DNA of 64,000 bases, taken from Lepidodermella squamata. Its lineage: Eukaryota; Animalia; Gastrotricha. The position numbers and the translations under genes were made by a program. Of this stretch, positions 12,765 through 25,070 are shown in pieces. Below the pieces are notes generated by a model. That model was not told the DNA's origin. It saw only the letters and a list, made by a program, of their open reading frames with translations, and searched no databases. Each line of letters opens with the position of its first letter. The stretch's first letter is position 1. The DNA is taken from the NCBI GenBank assembly GCA_047495785.1, contig JBLDXI010000017.1, positions 558,001-622,000 of the forward strand, in the 5' to 3' direction.

Positions 12765-15700
12765 ATGTCAATAGCTGAAATAGCAGAGGAAACAACAGCT
12801 GATTTCATACTAAGCAGCTCTACATCGTACTCACCGTTGGCATCAACGCTTTTTAATTCTGGATTGAATTTATCACTAATAACAACAACTGCATTATCAT
12901 CGAATTTACTACACCGAGGCAATAGTTCGTTGAATTCAACCGCTGTTGAACACTGTGGCGGTCACGGTCACGTGTGCGCCAATGGCATTTTATTACCAGC
13001 TTGGTTGCCGCCGGTTGCTGAAGGCGACATTGGAGGCATCCTCCTTAGAGCAATAATTTACCTGTCCAGCATGCTTTACGTGCTATTTGGCGTCAATATC
13101 GTATCGGATCGCATGGTGTCGGCTATTGAGGTCATCGTGGCGCAAAAACGCAAGAGAAAGGTCAAAAATTCACGAGGCCAGGAAACAGTCGTCGAGGAAC
13201 CAATTTGGCACCAAGTCGTCGGTAAATAAAAATTGAATATTCAACATTTTAAAATTCAAAATTTAAATTAATATTGAAATTTCTAAATTTTAGTCTATAT
13301 TTTATTCAATTTTTGTTGAGAATTTTTGCTGATTTTTTTTTAAACTTGATTATTATATTAACACATCAATTTTAAAATTGTCCTCCTTAATTTTTTATTA
13401 ACGATTTTCTGATGATTTTTCGATTTTTTAGGAATCAATTTTGACGCGTTTGATCGGTTTAATGTGTTGTCCATTTCTAGGTCACTTGACGGTATACGTT
13501 ATCGGCTCTTCGGCGCCCGAGATTTTTCTTCCCCTAATCGAAGTCGCCCGGCACCATTTCGAAATCGACGAATTAGGCCCGGCGTTAATTCTAGGCAGTG
13601 GCGCCTACCATCTATTCTTCATAACCGGCGTTTGTCTCGGCAGCGTCCGCGAAAATACCGGCAAGCCAATTCGAGAACAGCGCGTATTTTTCGTCGCAAC
13701 AGCCTTTGCGATTTTCGCATATTTATGGCTGTATTTAATTTCGAAAGAAATCTCACCTGGAATTATTGAAATCTGGGAGGCCTTGCTGACATTCGCGTTC
13801 TTCCCTCTCATCGTGTTTTCAGCGTGGTTTGCGGAGAGAAGGATGCATAGGGTGATTTATAAGCGGCTCATGCGGCTAAAAGGCGGTGGTGTTTCGCCTG
13901 CTGGTGACGGGCAAAACGGCCATGGCGATGATTTCGATCAGTTGAGTGGCGACGTGGCGGAGAGTGAGCGGCGGCGGAGGTTAGGTGCTATGCTGAAAGA
14001 GCTCAAAGCGGCGAATCCTACCAAGTCTCAACTGGAGTTGGAAGGGATGGCCGAGTTGGCGCTGCTCGAGTCGGCGCCGAAAGGAGCGGCCTTCTACCGG
14101 ATGCAGGCTTCTAAAGCCATGTCAGGCGGTGGAGCTGTTATATCGAAGGAGAAAATCAAAAAGCGCTTGGTTAGTTGATAAATCGGAAGTCCTAGAATTT
14201 TTTATTAAATTTTAGATTATTAGACCGCAATATTGCGTCATAGCACTAATAATAGAGAGTCGTATCACTAAATTTTTTAATTGTTAGAATATCGAATTCT
14301 GATCGATACTTATGTCCTCCATAACCCTGGGACTTATTTTTATTAGCTAACTGGTACTCGAGTATAGAAGATTCAAGTTTTGGACTGTCGAAAAAATTCG
14401 GGATATCGGAAAAATCACTGATTTATAAAATCGATACTTGAAATCGATATCGACTCTGTAAGCCGAACTATAACTCATAAACTGGCCACCGATAGCGCAA
14501 AATATGCCTGAGATTGAGATGTATTCTCTTATTTTCAGGAAAAGGAGCAAAAAGAGAGGAATCACCATGAAAAAGGCGAAGTCGTGAATCCATATGCTCA
14601 ATATATCACATTCGAACCCGCCTATTACACGGTTATGGAGAGCGTAGGCGACGCTATGGTCACGGTCCACCGAGCAGGCTGTGGCGTTGATTGGACCGTT
14701 CTAACCCTAGATTACCGAACACTCGAAGGGTCGGCTAAATTTGTCGATGATTTCATCGAAAAATCCGGTCAACTCGAATTCGCGCCCGAACAAACCACGG
14801 CCGACATTTTCGTCACGGTCATTGACGATGATGAATTCGAGGAGGATAAGGAATTTTTCGTCGAAATTTCGAATCCTCAGGTCAAGTATAAGAAACCGCC
14901 GCCTAAACCCGCGACTAATAAGGTGTTCACGCAAAATGGAGCTGGAGGGGCGAAATCGCATCACCAGAACGGTCATGGAGGTTTACATCACCAGAATGGC
15001 CACGCTTCATTGCCGATTGAGGACAATGCCGATCATAGTAAGGACCCGGTGGCGCCTGTTATACAGGCTGCAAGGGCGACGGTGAAAATTCTCGACGACG
15101 ATCACTGCGGTGTCTTCCACTTCGAAAATTCTGATCGTAAGTTGAGAATTTGTAACCAGATCTTATTCCACTATTTATTCCAATTTTTCTCACCACAGCG
15201 AAAAATAAGCCAAAGGAAATTGAAAGTATAAAAAAATATTTCTTCATTTTAAACATTTTTTAAATGCTTGTATTTTTACTAACTAGAGCTTACTTGCTTT
15301 TTCTATCTATTTCGAGTCTTAAATAAATGAATCGCCTAGCATTAGAGTAGCTATAGCGTGTCCCAGAAGTTGCGCAACTTTTTGTAGGAAATTCAACTAA
15401 TTTTTTTAAAATTGAGCCTACCGAGATAAACGTTTCATCTTTAAACCGCGATATAACCGAAGAAATAAAACATTTACCGGAGAAAACCCGGAAAACCCCG
15501 ATGGTAACAGGTTCGGTAATTTTCGGTATTTACCCGGTTGGACCAAATTTTTCCGGACTTTTTCATCAGTGACTTACTTGGTTACTATTCTCGTGATTTT
15601 TTTAATTTTTCTAACATTTTTCTGGCCATGAGATGTGGCTTCGTCTCTCTTTTTAGAGTTTCTGAACCCTTTTCCGTCTATTTTCTTTGCTAGCGTTACT

Positions 15701-18700
15701 TATGGGACACGCTGTAATAGATAATAATTACTTAGGTAAATACTATCGCCTATATATAAAGGATAGATCTAGATTAGCCAGTAAACCGCATATGTATAAT
15801 ATATGGGATGTAAATTTGTAAAGATCGAAAAGATCAAAAAGGTCTTTTCGATTTCTTCTCAAACCCAACCAATACTCCATGTGCTCTAATATTTTCCGCT
15901 TTTGCATTCCTGCTATCAACTTTTTCCGCTGAAAAATTTCCGCCAGCATCATTTTCCGCTATATCGTCTCTTCCGCCAAGTGATTTTTCGCCAAATTCTT
16001 TCCTGCCGCGAGGCATTTTCGCTGAGGTGGCAGTTTCCGCCAAGAGGAGTTCCGTCTATTATGGGCCTGCCCGTAAATAGGGTTCCATCACTAATTTGAG
16101 GTTCAAGATTTCCTCGAAACGGGATGTTTGAAGTTTAGTCTACCTAAGCTTTTCTGTCATCAAAATCTAAACATGGATCGGACTAAGCATATTTTGAGCC
16201 TGCTGATCCGATGCCGATTTTACTAATCAGTGATGAGCTGTTTTGGGAGATAACATCGAGAATTATTCTGGAATCTTGAGGGTATGTATCAGGTAGCTAA
16301 GTTGAATTGATAAATATTCTAACAGTTGTGTGTGGAAATCCTAAAATTATAAAGGAAATAATTTTGCTATTTTCCGAAGCTGAAAAAATCGTACTATAGA
16401 TCAGAAAATGTCCCGCCTAACAGGGGCGAAAGTTAAGATTTCAGGCGTTGGATGGCATGCACTTTCTTGTAGATTACTTGAAGATTACTTGCAGCCTCAT
16501 CGAATATACTTACACCTGTACTGAATGTTTGTAGATACTCTGGAATACAATTCTTTCTGGGGGCCTGCCAACAAATGTAAGCCATGTAAAAAAATGTGCA
16601 GCTGGGTCACTTTTTCATGGTTGCTCGTGATGATCCAATTTTTTTCACAATTTTAATCATAATATTGTAGAAAATATCTCACTAATAAATTTATTTTAGT
16701 AATTTTAGTTGATCGATTATTTGTCACGTAGCAACCATGAAAAATAACAAATCGGCTGCCGTGGCTGTTCCATCCTTAAATTTTTTCAGCTCACAGTTTG
16801 AAAAATAAATTTAATAATTAGTTCAATTTTAACCAATTTTATCATTTTTTATTATTCCTAGTGCCTCTTCCTGACAATATTGGCGTCGGCAAAATTAAGG
16901 TCGTCAGGTCAACGGGTGCTCGCGGGCGCATCGAGGTGCCCTTCCGGGTGATGGACGGCTCCGCAACAGCCGGAAACGACTTCATCCCACCTCCTTACAA
17001 TTCCGTAATCTTCGAAAACGACCAATTCGAAGCTTTTATTGAGATTAAAATCGTCGACAAAAATCGCATCGGTGAAATGTTTTCGTTTTCAATCGAATTA
17101 GGCGAGCCGAACATTTTATCAAAACCCCCCGAAAATTCGGATGGCAATCCGATCTTAAGCGACCCGACGCGGGTTAAAGTCGGAATTTGCGAAGACATCG
17201 AGCTAAACGCGGCGCTGGATCGGTTGCTCAAAGTTGCCGATATTGCTGAGCTGATTTCATCGACAACATGGGCCGATCAATTTAGGGAGGCTGTTTCGTT
17301 CAGCAGCGGCGCCGATGAGACGCCCGAGTCACCCGAGGGTGACGTTGTGGGTGAGAACGGCGAGATTATTCAGACCTATACGACAGTTCGGCATAAAACC
17401 ATGCAGGCGAAGTGCAAGTCTTTCTTCAACATGGCTAAACGGTGTTTCATTTACGGCATTTCGTTACCCTGGAAATTACTAGCGGCATGTGTCCCTCCGG
17501 CGAGGTATCTTCACGGTTGGGTGGCTTTCCTGCTCCTACTCGCGCTCATGGCTCTGTTGTCCTCAATAATTGGCGATTTGGCGACACATTTTGGGTAAGG
17601 AAAAATGTATTTTTGGGCACGTTGATTGAAATTTTCAGGTTTTTTGCGTAAAATTCTCGTATCATCAGCTTTTGTTTGACATTAAATTCGAGGTTATTGG
17701 GCAAAAATCGATTTTCGGAAAAATTAGCTGGCATTGTACTCCGGATATAATATCATGACCTCCTCCCTTTTACCGCTAATTGCCTTTTAGTCGACCTAGT
17801 TTTGAAGTTGCCAAAAATCAGGTTAATTTAGGAAAATTCTTAAAATCCTCAAAAAAAATTCAGGAAAAAAACCTAGCTGGATATTATCGATTTCCTATAA
17901 TTAAACTTATTGCGAGCATCTTCTATCCTTCAACCTCAATTTCACCGAAGAAATAAACATTTAATCAAAGAAAACCGGGAAAAACCCGATAGTAGCTGCG
18001 GTTCGGTATATTTCGGTATTCTACCTGGTTGGAATAAATTTCTCGGATTTTTTTTTAATTCTATTGCCCAGTTTTGATACATAATTGCCCTTCTCATGGC
18101 ATATGGACGTTTTCTGGCCTTGAGATGACCTTTTTACACTTTTCGGTGTATTTCCTTAGTTGCCTTATGGGACACCCTGTACAAGCTCTAATTTTCGATT
18201 AATTTCTTATTTATCTGTAATTTCTAGGTGTACAGTTGGACTTCCAGATACGGTGACAGCCGTGACGCTGATTGCTTTCGGCATGGGTCTTCCAGATACT
18301 TTCGCGAGTCGGCACGCCGCCATGCATGAAATGACAGCCGACGCTGCGATTGGCCATATCACCGGCTCCAACGCCGTAAACGTATTTTTCGGCATCGGCA
18401 TGGCCTGGTCTACTGCTGCTATCTATCACTGGTCGACATCAACTAAGCTACATGTGAGTTGTGCGCGAAAAATCACAAAGATCACTAATAATAGTCAACA
18501 CCAATCCATGCAAAACGGTCAAAAAGATTTTTTCTGACGTTCTTGGAGACATATAATGTTTTGACGGCCTCAATTTTCTGATTCGTCTGATGTATGGCCT
18601 AAATACACTTTTCTGGGATACCGGAAATCGCATTCGGACGCAATCGACAATTTTTTATGTTGACCTTGTTCGTTTTATGAACGTTTACCCTCTCATTTTT

Positions 18701-18980
18701 AAGAAATTAAGATTAATCAAAAATTGTGATTTTTCAATTTCTTTTTTTTTTTAATTTTAAGATGCCGGCTGAAAGTTTTGGCTTTGGCGTCACGCTCTAC
18801 TGCGCATTCGGCGCAGCCGGTGTACTGGTGCTACTACTGCGGCGATTGCCGCCGATACGCGGAGAACTTGGCGGCCCTACCGTTGTCAAGTACCTGTCGG
18901 CCGCCTTCTTCATACTCCTCTGGGTTACATTCGTAACATTGGTCACGCTGGAAAGCTATTGCGTTATCCAAGGCTTCTAA
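12765..18980 (+). CDS. Na+/Ca2+ exchanger family protein (SLC8/NCX-like), copy 3
   Basis: Exons 12765-13221, 13481-14169, 14539-15136, 16862-17594, 18228-18453, 18762-18980 join in frame. Alpha-1 GSSAPE, two Calx-beta domains, alpha-2 GMGLPD. Confidence 0.93.
15354..15714. mobile_element. Tc1/mariner-type MITE, family A, in an NCX copy 3 intron
   Basis: TA|tagcgtgtccca ... tgggacacgctg|TA terminal inverted repeat. Internal core ggttcggtaattttcggtatt is shared with about 17945-18180, 20081-20425 and 47745-47873. Confidence 0.75.
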
Positions 18981-19393
18981 AAGCTTAGATCGAAGGAATT
19001 TATGCGAATTGAATCAAAATGACAGCGCCGTAAAACTTCGATTATAATCGATAATCGATTTTAATTATGACCACTATCAAGTACCAACGTTGAAAGATGA
19101 AATGGCCTATCAGCTGTGATTTTTTGTATGCGGAAGCCAAATGCTAGTAAAAAGAACGAATCGGTTTTCTCGACTTTTCAGGTCCCCTGATGATTGATGA
19201 TAAAACTGGACCTTGGCCAAGTTCAAGGATCCTAGGGGCATTATCGCCGATCTAGAAAGAAAAGTTCTCAGAGCAGTCAAATTTTTAGCTCTCTGGAGCC
19301 TCAATTTTTTTAAATTTATTAAACGAGAGAATATCAATATTTGAATGAGAATCAGCAGATATATAAGGATTTTTTTCGAAGTTAAGCAATTTT

Positions 19394-21489
19394 TCAAATT
19401 GTGGTAACTCTTAGGGTTGAATCGTCCTCATCAGTTGGGACATAAGGGGGCAGGGCCATGAGCCGCTGTCCCTCCTTAATCGCCTCGACTCGCGCAGCTC
19501 GGCGCTGTCCCTCCGCCTTGATACGCTGCAAATCGGCTTCTTTCGGCAGTATTTTATCAATATGATTCAGCATGCCCTTCGTGAATTCATTCTGGTCAAT
19601 GCCATTGCTGCCGTTTTTATCGAACCGATGGAACATTTCGTCGATTTCCTGATTCGAAACCTTCTCGCCAATGCTCATCATCACCATTTTTATCTCCTTC
19701 TGCTCGATACGACCGTCGCCTGTTACGTCCAGCAGCTTGAATAGGCCGATCATGAGAGTCCGCCGATCGGATGGGTCCTTCCACCGATCGAGCCAGTCGA
19801 GTCTGAAGTCTTCAAATGTGACAGTTCCGTCGTCTTTAACATAAATGCATTTTACTAAATTTAAATGTTTTGATTTAGGAAGAAGTTACCGTCGCGATCG
19901 ACCCGCTTGAACAGGCGCCTTAGCTCCTTCGGCTTATAGGTAAGTCCGAGACCCATGATCAATCGATGCTAATAAAGGGTAGTTGAACAATCGGTTTTAT
20001 AATATATTGAAATAAATACTAATGAATGTCATAAGTTTTAGCGGAACCGAATTTGCCTGTTGCGGAACCTAATTTTAATACAGCGTATCCCATAAGTAAC
20101 GCGTAACGCAAACAAATACGCAAAAGGGATCAAAAACTCTAAAATGAGAGGGGGAGTCATTGCCAGAGGAATCTTGAATAATCGAAAATGCCAAAACAAT
20201 AGTAATCTAGGATGTCTCTTTTGAATGGGATTAAAAACATCCAAAGAAATTTGATCCTACCATGTAAAACCGAAAATTACCGAACCAGTTACCACCAGGG
20301 TTTTCTCCGGTAAATTTTAAATTTCTTCGGTAAAATCGTGGACAGTTGGGTTTAAATTCAAAAAATGTCCTTAATCAATTTGCGAAATTAAACAAATGGT
20401 TGCGCGCAATTGATAGGACACGCTGTATACTGGAAGCGAAACCAAATTTTGAATTTCTCCGAATGCATCTTTTCAGGAAATTTGCGATCAATTTAACAAA
20501 ATCAACATAAATTACCATAAAATTCTGCATAAATTTTAACAATAAGGCCTGAGCATCACCCGAAGAACGCAGCTTAATCATGATTTCATAAAAAAAATTC
20601 GAAAAATGACACTTTTTCCATTTTCCAATTTTTGTGCCAATTTGAGACATTCGCTCCGCTACCAGCTAGACCATGAAGGTCCACGTACACCCCCAATTTT
20701 ATGGTTCCAGCTCTGATTTTTCAATCTTCACGTTTTCCTTCGATTCACTCTCGAATCGTTGTCATGTCTAACCGATAGTTAAACATAGCAAATAATTATT
20801 GCATAGCGGATTGCGATATAAGAAGAGCAAATTTCAAGAATCGATCAGTATCGATCAGTGAATCAGTGATTTTTGCGATGTCAACGTTGAAATGATAAAT
20901 TCTACATTTAGTTTTGATGATTCCATAAATTTAAAATAAAAAATCACAGGATAATGGGGAAGCATTGGAAAATGTTGGATTATTAGCGCTGGAACCTCAA
21001 TTTTAGTGGTGCAGATATTTCGCCCCATTAGTTGAAGTAATATTAGTCAGTTAATTTAAAAAATGAAGGAATAATTTAAATTTTAATTAATTTAAATTTT
21101 ATTAATTTTTCGAATTATACCAGTTCAGCAATGTCGACGTAGCCGTCCTGGTTGCGATCCACAGTTTCATACATTTGATGAAAAGCCGCTTCACTGCGAT
21201 TTCTCGCCTTAATCTCCTGCCGCTGTTGAGGGCTCAGTTCCTCGCCGTTCGGCCCCACCGGCCGGCGTCGTAGATGCCGCGTCAGGTAGCTGGAAACAGC
21301 GCCCCAACTCGGAGCAGCCGACGCCGATGATTTGCCGCTCGTGAAACTTCTCGGACCGCCCTTTCGCAGAATCCCGGGCGAGGCGAGGAGGAAATCAGCA
21401 GCACCCTGATCTGTGCTCGATTTCCCCTGCTCGGCATCACTATCCGCAGCTTTATCACCACCGCTTAGCCAACTACGTAAACTCGCCAT
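19394..21489 (-). CDS. Calmodulin-like four-EF-hand Ca2+-binding protein with a long N-terminal extension
   Basis: Exons 21489-21121, 19968-19890, 19833-19394. EF loops DRNQDGYVDIAE, DRDDDGTVTFED, DVTGDGRIEQKE, DKNGSNGIDQNE. Confidence 0.88.
20081..20425. mobile_element. MITE family A copy in the EF-hand gene intron
   Basis: TA|cagcgtatcc ... ggacacgctg|TA; same core as 15354-15714 in inverted orientation. Confidence 0.75.
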
Positions 21490-21948
21490 TTTTAATGGAA
21501 AAAGTCGAGAATTATTATTTCAGCTGCTGTGAATTGATATGTTTGATCTTGTTTTCCCCTCAATTAAGTGCATGGGTATTCATATTTTAATTAATTGATG
21601 GGTTCCACTGACCTTTCATTTCACCTAGCCATTCATTTTACTATGATTAAATGATTAATTACCTGATTTGCATGTCACTCGTTTCGGACGAAATAACAAT
21701 TTTTTCTGATAACAACCAGGTGGTAGAAAAAACCGCCCGTTGTCAACAACTTAATGAGCGGGAAACACCATAATTTTCACATGACTCTTATTTTTTACAG
21801 GTATATAAACCTAGCATCAACACGCTACAAAAAAACCAGTCACGAGTTGTCACGAAGTTTTGTTTGTGTCATCTTACCTATTATCATTTTTTCACTCACA
21901 ACAGCGAGTTTATAACAGCTATTTTACTATTTTTGCTTCATAGTGACA

Positions 21949-22498
21949 ATGAGTTCAATTGAATTAATTTTAACATTTCTGTCGATTTCTGCGACCTGCG
22001 TGTTCTCAGGTAATTATTACGCTTGAGTGATTTCATTAAGGTGGATTTTTTTATTTCTCAATAGGCGTGATAAAAGGCGCCACTGAGCCGCGGTGTTTTG
22101 AAGAAGTGCCAGCATCCCTGCCTGGTACTTGCGAGGCCTACTTACCCGATGTTTACTTCGACCGCACCCTTAACAAGTGCATTCAGTACATGTGGGGCGG
22201 GTGCGGCGAGGGCGGCAAAGGGTTCCGCAGCTTGGATGAGTGCCGCACCGCGTGCGCGCCATTTGCTGCGCAACGCGAGGCTGAAATGGGGCGGTTTAAA
22301 TCGAAAAACGCGATGTGTAACCAGCCGGCTGAAACCGGGCCATGCAAGGCCTATTTTCCGTCTTACTATTTTGACATGCAGAGCGGCCACTGTCTGCAAT
22401 TCGTCTACGGCGGGTGTTTAGGCAACACGAATCGATTTACGAGCCAGGATGATTGCCAGAAAAATTGCATCGAATCAACGGCGTTTGAATCAGCTTGA
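21949..22498 (+). CDS. Secreted two-domain Kunitz/BPTI protease inhibitor (K1)
   Basis: Signal-peptide exon 21949-22009 plus exon 22065-22498. Domain 2 is canonical: CNQPAETGPCKAYFP...FVYGGCLGNTNRF (P1 Lys). Confidence 0.9.
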
Positions 22499-22757
22499 AT
22501 CAGCCATTATTTTTAACATTTCTCGTCATGATTTCAAAAGTTTAATAAATAAAAGTATAGTAAGAGTCTTTTTTAATGTTGACGAAAATGACTCGGCTAG
22601 GTTTTATGTTGTCTAGACCATTATTACCTCCCGTGGTAATAAAACCCGAAAAAATAAAATTATTCAGGTAATTTTAATGACTGATGAGAACTGCGGCTGT
22701 GCAAATTACTCTTACTCTAGAGTCTCTAGAAATTTTCAGGTGGATATCATCTGAAAA

Positions 22758-23242
22758 ATGACCTATTTTTACGTTTACGTATTGGTTGTAGTAGCTTCAA
22801 TTTCTGATGTCAACTGCGCGACAACCTCGGTGAAAACAACGCCTAAAACTACGATAGCCACTGTTCGACTGACCACAGTCTTCAAAGAGGGTACGAGTTC
22901 ATAACATAATATTCGAAAATGAAAAAAAACTCCACATTACTACCAGACGCCGCTGTTGTCGGCGATTTGAAGAAGTGTACAATCAAGCCGCCAAATGATC
23001 GCAAGGTCAAATCAATAAAATGCGACAAGGGGCCGGCACAGGACGATGTTTATTACGATCGTGACCTATCTAAATGCGTCAATTTGCCCTGGACAAAATG
23101 TTTCACTGGCGAGCCTAATGGCGTTGGCGATCGACTGGGTTTCGCCGATTGGAAGGAATGCTCGACGCTTTGCGGCAATTTCTGGGCGAAACAACAGCAA
23201 ATTGAGCAACAACAGCAGCAAGAGAAAAATCAATCCGGATAA
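22758..23242 (+). CDS. Secreted divergent Kunitz-like protein with Thr-rich linker and Gln-rich tail (K2)
   Basis: Exons 22758-22890 and 22947-23242. Six Cys in Kunitz-like order (YYDRDLSKC, GFADWKECSTLC) with loop insertions. Confidence 0.7.
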
Positions 23243-23399
23243 CATTAATAATTCGATAAAAAAAGCCATAATTAAATTCAGAACTTTGTGGAACGAAATG
23301 CCGGGAGATTCGTACTTATTTTCAATAAAACCATAATTATAGCTCGCAGATTTTATTTTTATTTTATTTCACAGATTTTGAAGTGTCCCAATTTCACCT

Positions 23400-24389
23400 T
23401 CAGGCCGATTCAGATTGACGTTTCTTCAACCAAGCACTGATATTCTCGTCATCTTCGACAGTTTTGCGGAGATTTGCCAGGCCCGGATATTTACTTGTGA
23501 ATTCTTTCCATTCGATCAAAGCAGGACGCGCAGGAACTGCAATACAGAAAATTTTAAAAATCATTTTTGAAATTCTTCAAAAAACGTACAACCGGGAAAA
23601 ACTGCGTGCTCACTGCTAAAGCTTTGAAGTACAGTAGCTGTGGCGAAATCAGCGTAAGTAAACTGTTAAAAATTCGGATGAAAATTCTAGAAAAAACAGG
23701 TGATAATAATTTTGATTACCGATTCACCACCGGCTATGTATTTCGTTCCACCCGATTGATAGGTTTTTTCTAGGAACCCGAAAACCGTCGGCAGCTGGTT
23801 CGCCTTCAGACTTTCAACAAACGACGTCCTTCTCTCATCGTCAGATTCCATAGCCAATTTAGCAGCGCTACTCGTGACATCGAGCAAACTAAAATAATTC
23901 GAAAATTCTAGAGGGAAATATTAGGTCATTTTAGGGGGAAATTGACACCTTTCGTAGACTTCATCGGCGATTTGAGTCTCTTGCGGGGTTATGCCGTCGA
24001 GATGGTTCCATCGAGCGATCGATCGCAGAATTGTGCCGGTTTGGCTAATTACGCGGCGATTACCCTTCTCGTCTTCGAATTCAAATGTTGGCAATTGACC
24101 AAGAGGTGTCGCTAAAGACAATAAGTGTTCAAAAATAATTGTTCAAAAATAGAAAATGTTGGCTGTAAGATTGCTTACTCGGCTTAATTTCAGGCCATTG
24201 ATCCAGTGAAACACGGCGGTCCTCGTAAGGCACCTTTAATTGCATGACATGAAAGCCAAATTATCATGAAAATCAAATGAATGAATTCAGAAGATTCACC
24301 TTTAGGTAAGCCAAAGTCATGCGAATAGCTTCGGCTTTACCACGGCCCCAAAAGTACGTCAATCTAGCATTTTTCATGACAGCTGCCAT
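23400..24389 (-). CDS. Glutathione S-transferase (Tyr-type, sigma-like)
   Basis: Multi-exon: LTYFWGRGKAEAIR, PLGQLP, ISQTGTILR, C-terminal KYPGLANLRKTVE...AWLKKR. Confidence 0.88.
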
Positions 24390-24621
24390 GTTTATGGTTG
24401 AGAAATTATTGTTCTAATAAGCTTAATGCTTGCGAGATAAAATACCAAATTCAAATACAATTTGGCCTGGAATCAACAGACACAGAAGCCTCGTTTTAAT
24501 GAATGGAAATGCGTAAAAAAAAGTCGCGAATTAATAGGATTATTTAGCACCATTTATGCGTGTTTTATTTATGAAAAAGCAATAAAAATCAGATATAAAT
24601 TCGTGCATATGTTCCGAAGCA

Positions 24622-25070
24622 TCAGTTTTTGCATAATTTTTGGCAGTCTTCGATAGTTTGGAAATTGTTATCGTTTCCGTCGCAGCCCTAAAATAAGGAA
24701 ATTTTCGTTTAAATTACCGAATTTTCGAATTTTTTCTTACGCCGAAGTAGAATTTTTCGCATTGCTTGGTTTCAGTGTTGAAATAATATCGGCGGAGCAT
24801 AGCTCGGCACCTTCCAACTTGCTTTGGTTGTAGGCAAAATTCGTTCAATTTCTGCTTTACCGCATTGAATTTTTCATCAGGGTCGTCTGCTAGCAACGGT
24901 TCTTCTCCCATTACGAGATCTATCAATGGGCCGAGAGCTGTGAAAACGGAATGAAATCGAAATCCTCCTCATTATCAAGAATTCGAATTACCGCTAACGC
25001 CGAAACACGCGGCTGATGAATGATAGCTAACAACGAAGCAGAAAATGGCTGAAAATAGCACAATTTTCAT
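24622..25070 (-). CDS. Secreted single-domain Kunitz inhibitor (K3)
   Basis: Signal peptide MKIVLFSAIFCFVV; CLQPKQVGRCRAMLRRYYF...FYFG|GCDGNDNNF (P1 Arg); three exons. Confidence 0.88.

Noticed and set aside
1201-18429. Antisense and alternative-frame ORFs over NCX exons (e.g. 1444-1728, 3423-3689, 11022-11348, 18207-18401)
   Set aside because: Shadows of GC-richer coding exons; they recur only because the NCX exons are paralogous.
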